Shown: positions 22,314 through 32,968 of the stretch, piece after piece
How positions within the stretch are numbered: position 1 is the first letter of the stretch
Layout of the letters: every line of letters begins with the position of its first letter
Assembly (NCBI GenBank): GCA_034226945.1
Contig: CP120455.1
Span: forward strand, 1,116,001 to 1,180,000
DNA from: Picochlorum sp. SENEW3
Lineage: Eukaryota
Direction of reading: 5' to 3'
Length of the DNA stretch: 64,000 bases
Position numbers and translations under genes: made by a program
The notes under the pieces: generated by a model
The model's database searches: none
What the model was told of the DNA's origin: nothing
Seen by the model: the letters and a program-made list of their open reading frames with translations, nothing else

Positions 22314-23489
22314 ATGAGTCATAAAACAGCGGTGTCGACATGTTCTACGGCATGTCTGAGGCCTCCACGAGGCCATTCAGCAATTTTGAATTCGAAGAGT
22401 AGGTTTCTTTCTCCAAGCACAAACCCACCCTTGCGAGATGCAGTTGTTTTCAGAAATAAGGATAATTTAAATACTAATACAAGGCGTCTAAGGCGCGGTA
22501 TTGTCGGTCCTGCTCGAATTGGGAATGATTCCCAAGCAGCAGACCTCCAACCAAGTGGTGGGTCTAGGGTCATAATCCTCGAATGTGACAGTATCTTGGT
22601 CGATATTCACAACAGTGGACATCGTAGAGCTTTCAATATGGCATTTGAGGAGATGGGATATAGTTGTAGCCAATGGTCAGCGCCCATTTATTATGATTTG
22701 TTGAGGTTTGGTGATTCTAGCGGTCCAGGGCTGGTGAAGACGTATTACGAAATGGTTGGGTGGCCAATCATGTTGAGTTCCGCAGATAGAAATGATTTTG
22801 TCGATAAAATATATGCCACCAAGGAGCGTATATTTCATGAAGCTGTTCGGGATCGGGATATTCCTCTACGTGAGGGAGTCCAGGAGTTTCTCGATGATGC
22901 CATCAAGGATGGCGTCCATATTGTTCTTCTCACTGCAACAGCGTCGGCACCTGGAGAAGGTGTGGCAGAGGCAGTCTTGGATATATTAGGGCCTGATCGG
23001 GCGAGTAAGATTGAGTGCCTATCGGCAGTCAAGGGAGATGTGGGACAGGAAGAAGACGCTGGAGAAGAAGAGGCCTTGGACAAGGATGACCCCATGCCAT
23101 TCGATCAATTGTTAAAGGAAGCCACGGGGAAAGGAAAGGTTCAATCTGCGAGCTCTTTTGTAAGGGCGATTAATTTGCAGAGTCGAGGCGTTGGCATGAG
23201 AGTCGATTCAACCCTATTTGCGACTGCTGGCGCTCCAGTCTCGCCATCATACTTTGCAGCTATTATTGCTGCACACGGAGCAAGTTCGGCGTCGAGTGCC
23301 TTGGTTGGGGCGAACAATGCGCTCATGGAATCTGCGAAAGGTGCTGGCTTGTACACCGCAGGCGTGCCGCCGTCCCTTGCAGCTCGAGGAGGGTATACAG
23401 CCATGGATTCAAGCTATGACGGGTTCGGTGCTGGATCTGGACTCACCTGGAGGCGATTGAAAAGTATTCTGGATTCCCGAATGAATTGA
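22314..23489 (+). CDS. Plastid-targeted CbbY-like HAD protein with degenerate catalytic motifs
   Basis: Transit peptide; ILECDSILVD..NSGHRRAFN.AF and PLREGV..F.D.A match the CbbY fold. Confidence 0.8.
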   Translation: MSHKTAVSTCSTACLRPPRGHSAILNSKSRFLSPSTNPPLRDAVVFRNKDNLNTNTRRLRRGIVGPARIGNDSQAADLQPSGGSRVIILECDSILVDIHNSGHRRAFNMAFEEMGYSCSQWSAPIYYDLLRFGDSSGPGLVKTYYEMVGWPIMLSSADRNDFVDKIYATKERIFHEAVRDRDIPLREGVQEFLDDAIKDGVHIVLLTATASAPGEGVAEAVLDILGPDRASKIECLSAVKGDVGQEEDAGEEEALDKDDPMPFDQLLKEATGKGKVQSASSFVRAINLQSRGVGMRVDSTLFATAGAPVSPSYFAAIIAAHGASSASSALVGANNALMESAKGAGLYTAGVPPSLAARGGYTAMDSSYDGFGAGSGLTWRRLKSILDSRMN

Positions 23490-23542
23490 AAAAATTTGAA
23501 ATAAATATCTAAAAATAGCATTGGTGTAAGACGAACGAATAC

Positions 23543-25074
23543 ATGGCATCGGCAGGTGCAACTGGGCATGGACATGCAGGGATGCAGGGCCACCCACTTG
23601 GCGTTCAGCCGGAGCATTTCCGTTCTTTACTGGGAGATGAGAACTCGACGAGAACAAAAGGTTTAGGATCATTGCATGTCCTGGGGGATGAGGTATTGCT
23701 GCAAATTCTTGATGTATTGAGTCCTGAAGAACTAGGACAGCTTGCCTGCGTCTCCAAAGCATTCTATTGTTTTGCGAATCATGAGGATGTGTGGAAGGGG
23801 ATCGTTCTTCAATGCGATGATGAAACGCAATGGGTGTACCATGAGATGGGATGGAAGGCAACGTATGTCAAGTCTATATTGGGGAAGAAGGAGTATTCCC
23901 AACATGGAGTTCGAGTCAAGCACATGTATTCTGATGTGCTCTACCAACCCTGGATGTGCGCGCGATTGGATATAGACGAGGCATGGCTAGAGACTGAAAA
24001 TATTGATAGGAGGTCTGGCTTATCTATGGAGGAGTTTATAGCAGAATATGAATCACGTAATAAGCCTGTGATTTTGACTGATGTTGCAAGTGCCTGGCCA
24101 GCATGTAGGACATGGGACAGAGAGTACTTGGAACAGGTTTTCGGGGACAAACATGTTATTGTTGGTGATAGGCCGATGAAGTTTTCATCGTATGTACAGT
24201 ATTGTGATCGGCAAAGGGACGAGTATCCATTGTATCTGTTTGATAAGACATTTTGTGACACTGTCAACGAGTTGAAGTCTGCGTATTCTGTCCCAGAGTA
24301 CTTTGAAGACGATTTGTTTTCTGTTCTCGGCGAAGATGCTCGACCTGATTATAGATGGTTAATTTATGGGCCGTATAAGAGCGGCAGTACATTTCATAAA
24401 GATCCAAATGCCACGAGTGCTTGGAATGCAGTCATCTTTGGAAAAAAGAAATGGATCATGTATCCTCCTGATGTTCTACCACCTGGTGTTCGACAGAGCG
24501 AAGACGGAGCAGATGTCTCAAGCCCTGTATCGCTGATGGAATGGATGCTTTCCTTTTATGATTTGAGGGACTGCGAAGGATTCAAGCCATTGGAATGTGT
24601 GCTCCAAAAAGGTGAAGTTCTTTTCGTTCCCCGTGGATGGTGGCATATGGCTTTGAATGTGGAGGAGACGTGTGCGATCACGCAGAACTACGTCAGTGTC
24701 AGAAATTTGAAGCATGTGTTGGACTTTTTACAGTCTCCACATGCCAGTGTTCTTGTTTCTGGTGTGGCAACTGAGGAGGAGAAGATTTCTCTGCACACAC
24801 GATTTTTAAATGCTCTAGAAGAAAAGCACCCATCTGTGCTAGAAGTTCTCCGCGAAGAGTCCCGTAAAAAGCGTCACAAAAGTGAAACACAGGTACGAAT
24901 ACATGTTTGCGTGGATAGCATGTTTGATTGAAACAAGCATAGATATTGTTCTCTCTACTCTACTATGTATGACATTCTTGTAAGTTCTTGCAGGACAAAT
25001 TAGTAAAATGTTTTCATTCGACAAAAGAATCACAGTCACAGCAGCAGACGTCCTTCTCCTTCTCATTCTTGTGA
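23543..25074 (+). CDS. F-box plus JmjC domain protein (JMJD6/JMJ22-like); 2 exons
   Basis: F-box (LGDEVLLQIL...LACVSKAFY); JmjC RPDYRWLI.GP..SGSTFHKDPN.TSAWN and FVPRGWWH. Intron 24893-24993 gives a C-terminal SFSFSFL. Confidence 0.9.
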
Positions 25075-25184
25075 CATGTCCATCCACAAGGTGGATACCG
25101 GACGTTGCCTGCTCTTCCATTTATGAACACTCCAAGTGGGTATATACTGTAAAACAACATTGTAACATATTCTTCATCTTGTGA

Positions 25185-26249
25185 TCACCTTGTCTTAATC
25201 TTTGGTAGCTTGGCACTGCATTCACTCAAATCATGGCTGTTTGACGTCGCAACTGAATCTTCAATCTCCACGGCAGATTCCTCCACGTCAACAAGCGACG
25301 CATGGGATGTAAACACCTTTCGAGCCATCAGCTCTAGCAAATCCTCTGGCGGCTTGCTCGAATCCCCCATTTGCTCCTGAAGTTTACTGAGGTGGACATG
25401 ATGGTGGTCATAAATATTTGATAGCTTTCTGTGCACCGAACCACCGTTTGATTCGCCTGCCACGCTTGCCTCTGTGGTTTCATTGATATCATCTTCCAAA
25501 TCGTCCTCATTTGTGAGGACCAGAACGGTGTGCCTTCTATTGACAAATGCATTCTCGCTCTGCGTTGAAGGCATTCTCAGACTAATCTCAGAGAAATGAC
25601 TCCATGACATATTCCTACGAATACTTCCAACCTCTTTGACCAAGGTTCTCCCAACAACATCACCGTCATAATTTTCTGCGAGCTCCTTGAAACAAGATTC
25701 TGTGATTGGCTCCTCCACTCTGTGATTGTACACTCTGTGTAGAATCTGCTCACCATCCACCCATGACACGTCATCCCCCGACTCGCTCGTCTCCTGCCGT
25801 TGACCATAATCCGATCTCTCTGGGGTTGACAACATTCGATACACCTGAGCACTCGCATCAGACTTTGGTACCGATTCAGCATCAGACCCCTTCACACTCC
25901 TGCCCTTCATCACCACATTCCCATCATCATCAAACATCATCACCACGTCCTTTGTCTTTCTCTCTGGAGTTTGGCTACGATACATGGATGTGTTCGACTC
26001 GACTCGTTTCATGCCTGTCCCTGACCCCAGATACTTTGCCATGGCTTCCTCATCCAGTTTCGCCTGCCGTGCCTTCTCCTCCTCCGCTTCTATGATCTGA
26101 CGCCGCGAGCCCTTCCTCGATAGACGAATCCTCTGGAATGATCGAGATTTGGAATGCACCTCGACATCGTCATGGGACACGTCACATCGTCCATCGCCAG
26201 AGACAGAAACTCCCCCAAAGCAACCTTTCATCAACGACGGCAAACGCAT
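25185..26249 (-). CDS. Hypothetical low-complexity protein
   Basis: 354-aa ORF with ATG start and S/E/D/R-rich, disorder-like composition; no family recognised. Confidence 0.6.
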   Translation of the reverse strand: MRLPSLMKGCFGGVSVSGDGRCDVSHDDVEVHSKSRSFQRIRLSRKGSRRQIIEAEEEKARQAKLDEEAMAKYLGSGTGMKRVESNTSMYRSQTPERKTKDVVMMFDDDGNVVMKGRSVKGSDAESVPKSDASAQVYRMLSTPERSDYGQRQETSESGDDVSWVDGEQILHRVYNHRVEEPITESCFKELAENYDGDVVGRTLVKEVGSIRRNMSWSHFSEISLRMPSTQSENAFVNRRHTVLVLTNEDDLEDDINETTEASVAGESNGGSVHRKLSNIYDHHHVHLSKLQEQMGDSSKPPEDLLELMARKVFTSHASLVDVEESAVEIEDSVATSNSHDLSECSAKLPKIKTR

Positions 26250-26826
26250 TCTCCACCCTCGCGCTTGAATCTGTAACTATTATACGTGTTGTTCGAAAAA
26301 TTTGAATGCCTTTGGCGCTGTAAATACGATCCTGGCACTACTTGGAAGCAACCCTGGTATCGCGCCGTCCAAGAGTTCACCTCAGATTTTCTTCACAATG
26401 TGAACAAATCCTTGCAATTTGGATACAAATCGCTGAAGAATCTGATAGATTTAGAAGTCGCCACTCAACAATGCTGCGCTGGCTTCAAATGAGTGTTGAT
26501 TTCTGGATGCTTCTGACGTCAGCGCAAGTACCTACGGTTGGGTCTGACAGCAGTACACGTCAGGATTTGACAATAGATTGTAGCTAGACGAATGAAAAAT
26601 TGGTACACGTGATCTATTCTTTCAATATGACATGCTCATTGGCAGGGACTGGTGTATGCAAATCTCTGCAATCGTCATCTTCATCACAGAGTACTTTTCC
26701 ACCTGTTCGAGTCTTCCAAGAAAACCATGGATTATTGAACACGTGGCAAAATCATGAATTGCATGCTGGTGCATGGGTGCACGCATGACAACTACATGGG
26801 CGATACGCCATTTTGATAGTACAGTA

Positions 26827-29800
26827 TTACATTTCCAACGCTTTCAACATTTTCTTGGATAACATTGCCTCTTTGTCTTCGAGAGCTTTCCGCAGTTCTC
26901 TGCCCAAGGCAGCAGCCAGTGGTGGTGGGACTGCATTTCCGACCTGCCTGTGCTTGTTTTGAACGTTTCCTACAAAGCGATGCCGATCAGGGAAGCCTTG
27001 AGCACGGGCACATTCTCTGACTGATACGATTCTGTCTTGCTCTGGGTGGAAGACTTGTCCTACTTTTCCCATGGGCTGGGGATCTGTGGTTGATGTTGGG
27101 AAGTGTCCTGACCAATCCAGTCGGCCAAAGAGTCCTCTCCATCCATTGTGGCGATCGGCTGTGTTTGGAAGACACCATGGAACGAGGGGCTGCCCTTTGA
27201 ATACTTTTCTGCTTGGGTCCTTGGCGACAATTTCTTCGAGCACCCTCCAATCAGCTCCAGGACAATTCTTGGGAATGCATCGGCATCTTTCCATGTTCAG
27301 TTCATTCATGTACTTGCACACGTGATCATATAGGACGTCACAGTTTCCTCTCACAGCTATTTGGAAGGCAGATGATGGAGGTGTGGAGTAGGAAGACACT
27401 TCAGAGTCATGGCCATTTGTGATGGGTGGGAGGTCACTAATGGCATCATGCACAGTCACAGGTCTCAAGGGAGCCCCATCGGTCTGTGGCACTGCTGTGT
27501 ACTGAACATCTCCAGGTAGTTTTATTGTTAGCTGGGGTGTTCGGAAGCAGTGCATCAGCCGTGGCCATGCTGGCAAGTTTTCTTGGGGTGCAGCAGCCCA
27601 AATAAAGGTTCTCTTCCTCGACTGTGACACACCAAAGTTACCTGCGTTCAGGACTCCAAATCGTACTTGGTATCCCATATCCAACAAGGAGCGCAATGTC
27701 AGCCTAAAGGTGAACGACTTGTTATGAGATACAAAGTTCCTGACATTCTCCAGCAAAAAGTACCTTGGCCTGTAGAAATCTGCATACGATAAAAATGCCA
27801 TGACCATGGAGTTCTGCACCATGGACCAGTTGCCTTTGTTGAATCTATTCATTCCAGAATACCCTTGGCAAGGCGGACCACCGCATATGAAATCGACTTC
27901 GCCAGGACGAGGCAAGTTTTCCTTCTCTTCAGATGTCAATTTGTTTGATCCCTGCACAGCCTCTTCAGACGCCATGCAGTCTGCCTCTTGCCCTGCTTTT
28001 ACCATTGCAGCGTGGAGTAGTACATTGCAATTGTTGCAAAATACGGCAGCCTCTGGATTATTCAACTTGAAGGATTCTGCTGCTGGTTCCTCATACTCAA
28101 TGGCCCACTTGGTTACAGCAGCCTTGGCCTGATGCATACCTTCAGAAAGCCCCCCACAACCTGCGAATATATCCATTGTTGAGAGGGAGATTGGGTCTGC
28201 CTCCGAACTGCGGGTAAGTCCGGTGCTTTTTCCTTTCTCTTCAGCATCTTTCCCTTTCCCATCACTTGTAGACTTTACAGCATGTGCCGAAGCAGCAAAC
28301 TCCTTCGGAGCCGCTTTGATCGCCTTTTTCTTTCTGTCAAAAGATCCGACGCAGATGAAAGTATCTTTACTCTCTGGGTGACAAGCACTTCCAACGTTAA
28401 CAGGGCCAACAATATCCTCTGTGTCAACTTCAATTTCTTCATTGCCTGCGTAAATGTCATAATACGATGTTGCTTTGTTTGCAAGATCGATAGAAATATC
28501 CTCTGGTCTCCAAAATCGCTGCAAGACAACTGCATCCACCTCACTTCCAGGCTTCGGTGACTGTTTGGAAGCCTGCTTCCCCACCTTGACAAGACGGCCA
28601 ATACCCCATGCTCGCAGTCCATCATACGAGCCTTTGTGATATCTCGCATTTGACAAATATTTCGGAACTTCATACTCTTTATTGGCTTCGGGCATTTGAT
28701 CAAACACGTCTGGATACACATACACGAATTGTCCTTTTGAATATTCAACCTCGTCAATCATTACCCCACTGTCAGTAGCTATAGCAGAAATCTCATCCTC
28801 CTCGTCCTCACTCTCCCTCAATATCTTACCAAAATCTAGCTTTGACGCATCCTTAAACATTCCTTCCTCGGGAACATACTCTTTTGACCAAAAGAATTCA
28901 AGCGAGCCCTTCTTTGCATGTTTCACTTCTTCGTTCCTTTTCCTCAGAGCAGTGTCCTCGTGAAACTGTTTGATTCTATGCACTACATCCCACACTCTAT
29001 CGCGTCTTTTGGCGTTGACTTTACCAAGAATCTGACGTAATTCTACAGACATCACTTCCTGAGTCAAAAAGAGTTCTTCCTCAGATGCTGCATCTCCAAG
29101 CACGGTATCACACCCTTGTTTCAGAATTCTAATCTGAATCATCTTTGTATTCTTCTTCTCAAACAGAGCTTGGACAAGCCCAATAGTGGGTCCATTATCT
29201 GTTGAGCTCACATACACGCAGTCTCCCAAGGATATCACCATCTTTCCAATTTTGGCAGATGAGAAGGTGTTGGAATTTTTCATCGGATTGCACAAAATCC
29301 ACGCGGTCGACTTTTGGGGGACGGCAACATCAATCATCAAATCATCCGGCAAGGTTTGCTGCACTCTGACTCCGGACACTTTTTGCTTTCCAGCCTGCTG
29401 GTTTGCTAATGCCGTCTCGGTAGACTCATCTTCAATGTCCTCGTTCTCATCTTCTTCAACTTCGTGTGCCACTTCCTCAGAACCATCTGCAGATGAAGAT
29501 TCTGATGCAAAGTAAGACTGCCACACTGACTTCACCATGGCCGTCGCTGTTGCCGTCATTGGTTTTGCCCTCGTGCCAGCAGCTCTGTCCTTCATGGGAT
29601 TCCTATTTGTTCCCCTTCCTCTGCCTCTAGACGACGATACATACAGTTTCGAATGCTTAACGGAATTGAGCTTTTCTTTTAGTGTCATAACAAAAGCGCA
29701 TTTTCGAACAGACTCACTTGGAAAGTGCTCGAAACAGCTCAGGAAAATTTGTGCATGCACAGACAAGAAGCGATCCACAGACGCATGTTTGTTTGATACA

Positions 29801-31443
29801 AACGCCTTTGACTCCTCTTGAACCGCACACAGCCTTTTCACAATATCATTGTATGACAATCGAGACGCCCTTGATTCCTCGGTCACCATCTGAAGCGTGG
29901 ATGCAGCCATATGGGCGCACTTCATCACCACATCTGCCCAAGGCTTGTACTTTGCTGCTGGTTCCAACAAACTATACCACCCAATATCAGTTCGAATCGA
30001 TATAAACACCATGTCTGGTCCAAGTTCAACCACCCATTCACGAATCTGACTGAGTGACATTCTCATGCCGCGCTGCTTGTCGCCACCTGCACCACTGGAA
30101 CCTCCACCTTCCATGGCTGCAACCTGACAGTCTCCTGAGGAATCCTCAACAACAATCCCAGACGCATACAGGGCAACATCAGGATCCACCCCACTCCACA
30201 TTGGCAGTAACTCGAGCGACGTTAAAAACCCATCAGCATTATAAATCGAGTATTGGGTCAATACTCTCTTTGGATACTCCTCAGGACTGAGCATTTCCAA
30301 TTCTTCATCATACAAGATGAATTCATCCAGTTCCTCCTCCTCCTTTACATATTGCATCGGAAGAGGATAATCCCCTGCTATTTCTTCTTCATTCACCTTG
30401 ATATACTCCTGGCATTCTCGCGACGCATTCCTGCCAGCCGTAACCTCCCGATCCATCTTGGCTTGTAATTGCATTGCATACTGCTGATCCGCAATCTCTT
30501 GCGCATCCACAGCCGAATCACTTCCCTCTCTCTGAATAACAATACCAGTAGAGTCTTCGCTCGCAAACCGCCCCTTGTACATGTACCTCGACACCTCTTC
30601 CTTCAACTCGGTATAAAACCCACATGAGGATATCCTCTCATCCACCATCTTCAACTGCTCCAATACAAACGATCCGTTTATAAGCAATCCTTCCCTGGGG
30701 GATGAAAAATCCTTCGTCACCTTGCATCGAGCGAGATGAGCAATCACATGGTCCAGTCGGACAGTCTCCATCCCGATATTCTTAATAGCATGATACACCT
30801 GATGCGCAATAGCTGCCTGTCCATCAAGATTTTCAAACGATTTCTTATACACTGCCGCCGGCTTCACCACTCGATACTCTGCCCGACTCGTACAAACCAC
30901 AATAGCCCTCTCAGCCTCCGACAGCACCACACTATATCCAGTCACTGGCCCAAATGGCTTTGCCACACGCCGGCCAACAGCCTTCTCCATGGCACCATGC
31001 TCTGGGTACACAATCCCACTCAGCATCATCTTCTTCTTTCGTTTCTGCATGAATTCCAACGACTCCAATGGCTCCGCGTGACCCTTTGCATCCGCGATGC
31101 AAAAATCGTGAATCCGACGAACCTCCTTCTTCTTCCCTTGCACTGCCACCACACCCCCAGTCTCTTCCAACACCTCCACCTCATCTTTACACTCCTTCTC
31201 CAAAACAATCTTCATCTTCTCCCCAAAACCATCACATGAATGCATTTTAGACTCATCAAAATCATGGTTCTGAGCAGCACGCCGACCAGACCCCGTCATT
31301 GACTTTGCCCCCCGCTGCTTCTTTGCCACCTTGACACCATCCCCATCACCACTCGACAGGGTATTCCTATCCTGAGACCCCTCCAGTCCAACAGAATTCA
31401 CACTCTTGAGTGCCTTGCGCTTCGAGTCATGTCGACCCCCCAT
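26827..31443 (-). CDS. MET1: DNA (cytosine-5)-methyltransferase 1, plant MET1/DNMT1 type (2 RFTS, 2 BAH, C5-MTase), intronless
   Basis: MDIFAGCGGLSEG (I), GGPPCQG (IV), LLENVRNF (VI), QSRKR (VIII), RECARAQGFPD (IX), QVGNAVPPPLA (X); BAH segment RFWRPEDI. Confidence 0.96.
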   Translation of the reverse strand: MGGRHDSKRKALKSVNSVGLEGSQDRNTLSSGDGDGVKVAKKQRGAKSMTGSGRRAAQNHDFDESKMHSCDGFGEKMKIVLEKECKDEVEVLEETGGVVAVQGKKKEVRRIHDFCIADAKGHAEPLESLEFMQKRKKKMMLSGIVYPEHGAMEKAVGRRVAKPFGPVTGYSVVLSEAERAIVVCTSRAEYRVVKPAAVYKKSFENLDGQAAIAHQVYHAIKNIGMETVRLDHVIAHLARCKVTKDFSSPREGLLINGSFVLEQLKMVDERISSCGFYTELKEEVSRYMYKGRFASEDSTGIVIQREGSDSAVDAQEIADQQYAMQLQAKMDREVTAGRNASRECQEYIKVNEEEIAGDYPLPMQYVKEEEELDEFILYDEELEMLSPEEYPKRVLTQYSIYNADGFLTSLELLPMWSGVDPDVALYASGIVVEDSSGDCQVAAMEGGGSSGAGGDKQRGMRMSLSQIREWVVELGPDMVFISIRTDIGWYSLLEPAAKYKPWADVVMKCAHMAASTLQMVTEESRASRLSYNDIVKRLCAVQEESKAFVSNKHASVDRFLSVHAQIFLSCFEHFPSESVRKCAFVMTLKEKLNSVKHSKLYVSSSRGRGRGTNRNPMKDRAAGTRAKPMTATATAMVKSVWQSYFASESSSADGSEEVAHEVEEDENEDIEDESTETALANQQAGKQKVSGVRVQQTLPDDLMIDVAVPQKSTAWILCNPMKNSNTFSSAKIGKMVISLGDCVYVSSTDNGPTIGLVQALFEKKNTKMIQIRILKQGCDTVLGDAASEEELFLTQEVMSVELRQILGKVNAKRRDRVWDVVHRIKQFHEDTALRKRNEEVKHAKKGSLEFFWSKEYVPEEGMFKDASKLDFGKILRESEDEEDEISAIATDSGVMIDEVEYSKGQFVYVYPDVFDQMPEANKEYEVPKYLSNARYHKGSYDGLRAWGIGRLVKVGKQASKQSPKPGSEVDAVVLQRFWRPEDISIDLANKATSYYDIYAGNEEIEVDTEDIVGPVNVGSACHPESKDTFICVGSFDRKKKAIKAAPKEFAASAHAVKSTSDGKGKDAEEKGKSTGLTRSSEADPISLSTMDIFAGCGGLSEGMHQAKAAVTKWAIEYEEPAAESFKLNNPEAAVFCNNCNVLLHAAMVKAGQEADCMASEEAVQGSNKLTSEEKENLPRPGEVDFICGGPPCQGYSGMNRFNKGNWSMVQNSMVMAFLSYADFYRPRYFLLENVRNFVSHNKSFTFRLTLRSLLDMGYQVRFGVLNAGNFGVSQSRKRTFIWAAAPQENLPAWPRLMHCFRTPQLTIKLPGDVQYTAVPQTDGAPLRPVTVHDAISDLPPITNGHDSEVSSYSTPPSSAFQIAVRGNCDVLYDHVCKYMNELNMERCRCIPKNCPGADWRVLEEIVAKDPSRKVFKGQPLVPWCLPNTADRHNGWRGLFGRLDWSGHFPTSTTDPQPMGKVGQVFHPEQDRIVSVRECARAQGFPDRHRFVGNVQNKHRQVGNAVPPPLAAALGRELRKALEDKEAMLSKKMLKALEM

Positions 31444-32456
31444 TTCTCTCTCACGCAGTCTTGGAGAGAACCCTCGGGCTTTTTTATTGTATACGAGCGA
31501 CGAGAAACAAATACAAGAACTCGATTATTCCCAAGGATACCTAAATCCAACCCCTACATACACAATAATAGTAAATGAACTATAGAATCGATGGAGATCT
31601 CATCCAAAGATGAAGAAAAATGTAGGACACGCTGACCAACAACCAACAAAGTAACGACTGCCTCGACAAGGTCGCCACATACCTGATACTCCTATAATAC
31701 CTACTATATCTATCATGTAAATTGAATTGATTGAAAACTATTGATTCTACGAGTGTAGCCGCGATGATTCGTTGATCATCATGGAACGGATATATGTATC
31801 CCCACGCATGGGATTTTGAAAATGTTTCTATTCTATCCTATTACGGAACTCCGTAATATATACCATTTGGTATCACCCGAACATCTGCAATGCCCCAATG
31901 TTCAACCCATACATCTTTTGACTGAGGCACCCATTCGTCCTCGTAGAATACTCGACTTTATTCATCTGTGTCTTTCAGGGATAAAGGAAACCGAATAGAT
32001 ACCTGACGACGGTACTGCCATGGGAATAGTTTCAGTGGCTCGCGTGTCAGAGTAGTATGTCAGCTTTATTTGATTTCCGATCGTTTGTATGCGTTTTGCT
32101 GCTGACGATTTGTACGTGCACGTATATTAAACTGAAAGGTGAGCAGAGATGTGCGAATCGCTTGACAGTTGATTGATTTGTTGACACAAAAACTCATTCC
32201 TCTTGTTTCATTATTGACGGAGATTGCCTGCGACCCTAACTGAATTATTTGTGAATATAGCGCCGAGTTTATTCTCTCAGAGGACGGGATTCCGTGGAGT
32301 GTTTTGGAAGTTTGCACGGGTGGGAGAGCGGCTGTCGTTGTGGGTGTCTCTGGCGTTGATTGGCATGGCCGTGTCCATTGTATTCTTCTGAGAGGGTTGA
32401 TTGCATTCTTTTCTGAGAGGCTTTCACTACTAGTAGTAGTGCATGTGTATAGAGTG

Positions 32457-32897
32457 ATGGAAGACGAGGCTATGGCTCTTCGAGATGTAGGTGACGACAA
32501 GAGCCCTGCTCCCACAGGAGAGGGTCAAGGCGATAGTAATTTTAATGTTGATGAGGATGGTCGAGTGGTGTTTGTGATGGAGGATGAATTTATGGATTCT
32601 CCTGTAGGCGGATTAGTGTCACCTTTTTCAAAGGAAGGAGAGGGTGTGTCACCAATGTCGACGGGTGCGAGCAGTAGACCACCGCTGAAATCTGCACTGT
32701 CAACGTCAGCGGCGATGGATGTACCGAAAGATGATTCGTGTTTAAAGCGTAATGTGTCATGGGCGGATTTTTCTGATGGTGTTGCCTTGACGACGGTAGT
32801 TGAGTTTGAGAGGGATCCTCATCCATCATCGCCCACAAGCATTGATAGTTGGGAGGATGGGCATGAGAGTGGCTGCGCATGCTGCACCGTGATGTAA
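32457..32897 (+). CDS. Small disordered protein with PP1-docking-like motifs and C-terminal CaaX box
   Basis: PLKSALS, KRNVSWAD...VVEFE and terminal GCACCTVM*; TGTAA overlaps and follows the stop. Confidence 0.7.
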   Translation: MEDEAMALRDVGDDKSPAPTGEGQGDSNFNVDEDGRVVFVMEDEFMDSPVGGLVSPFSKEGEGVSPMSTGASSRPPLKSALSTSAAMDVPKDDSCLKRNVSWADFSDGVALTTVVEFERDPHPSSPTSIDSWEDGHESGCACCTVM

Positions 32898-32968
32898 TGA
32901 TGAAGTATTGTAAACGCAATAGTATTACATGAAGACATGTAACAAATAGATACTGACACTGGTGAATA

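Noticed and set aside
26827..31443. Prokaryotic restriction-modification or defence methyltransferase
   Set aside because: The RFTS-BAH architecture and eukaryotic context identify it as the maintenance methylase MET1.
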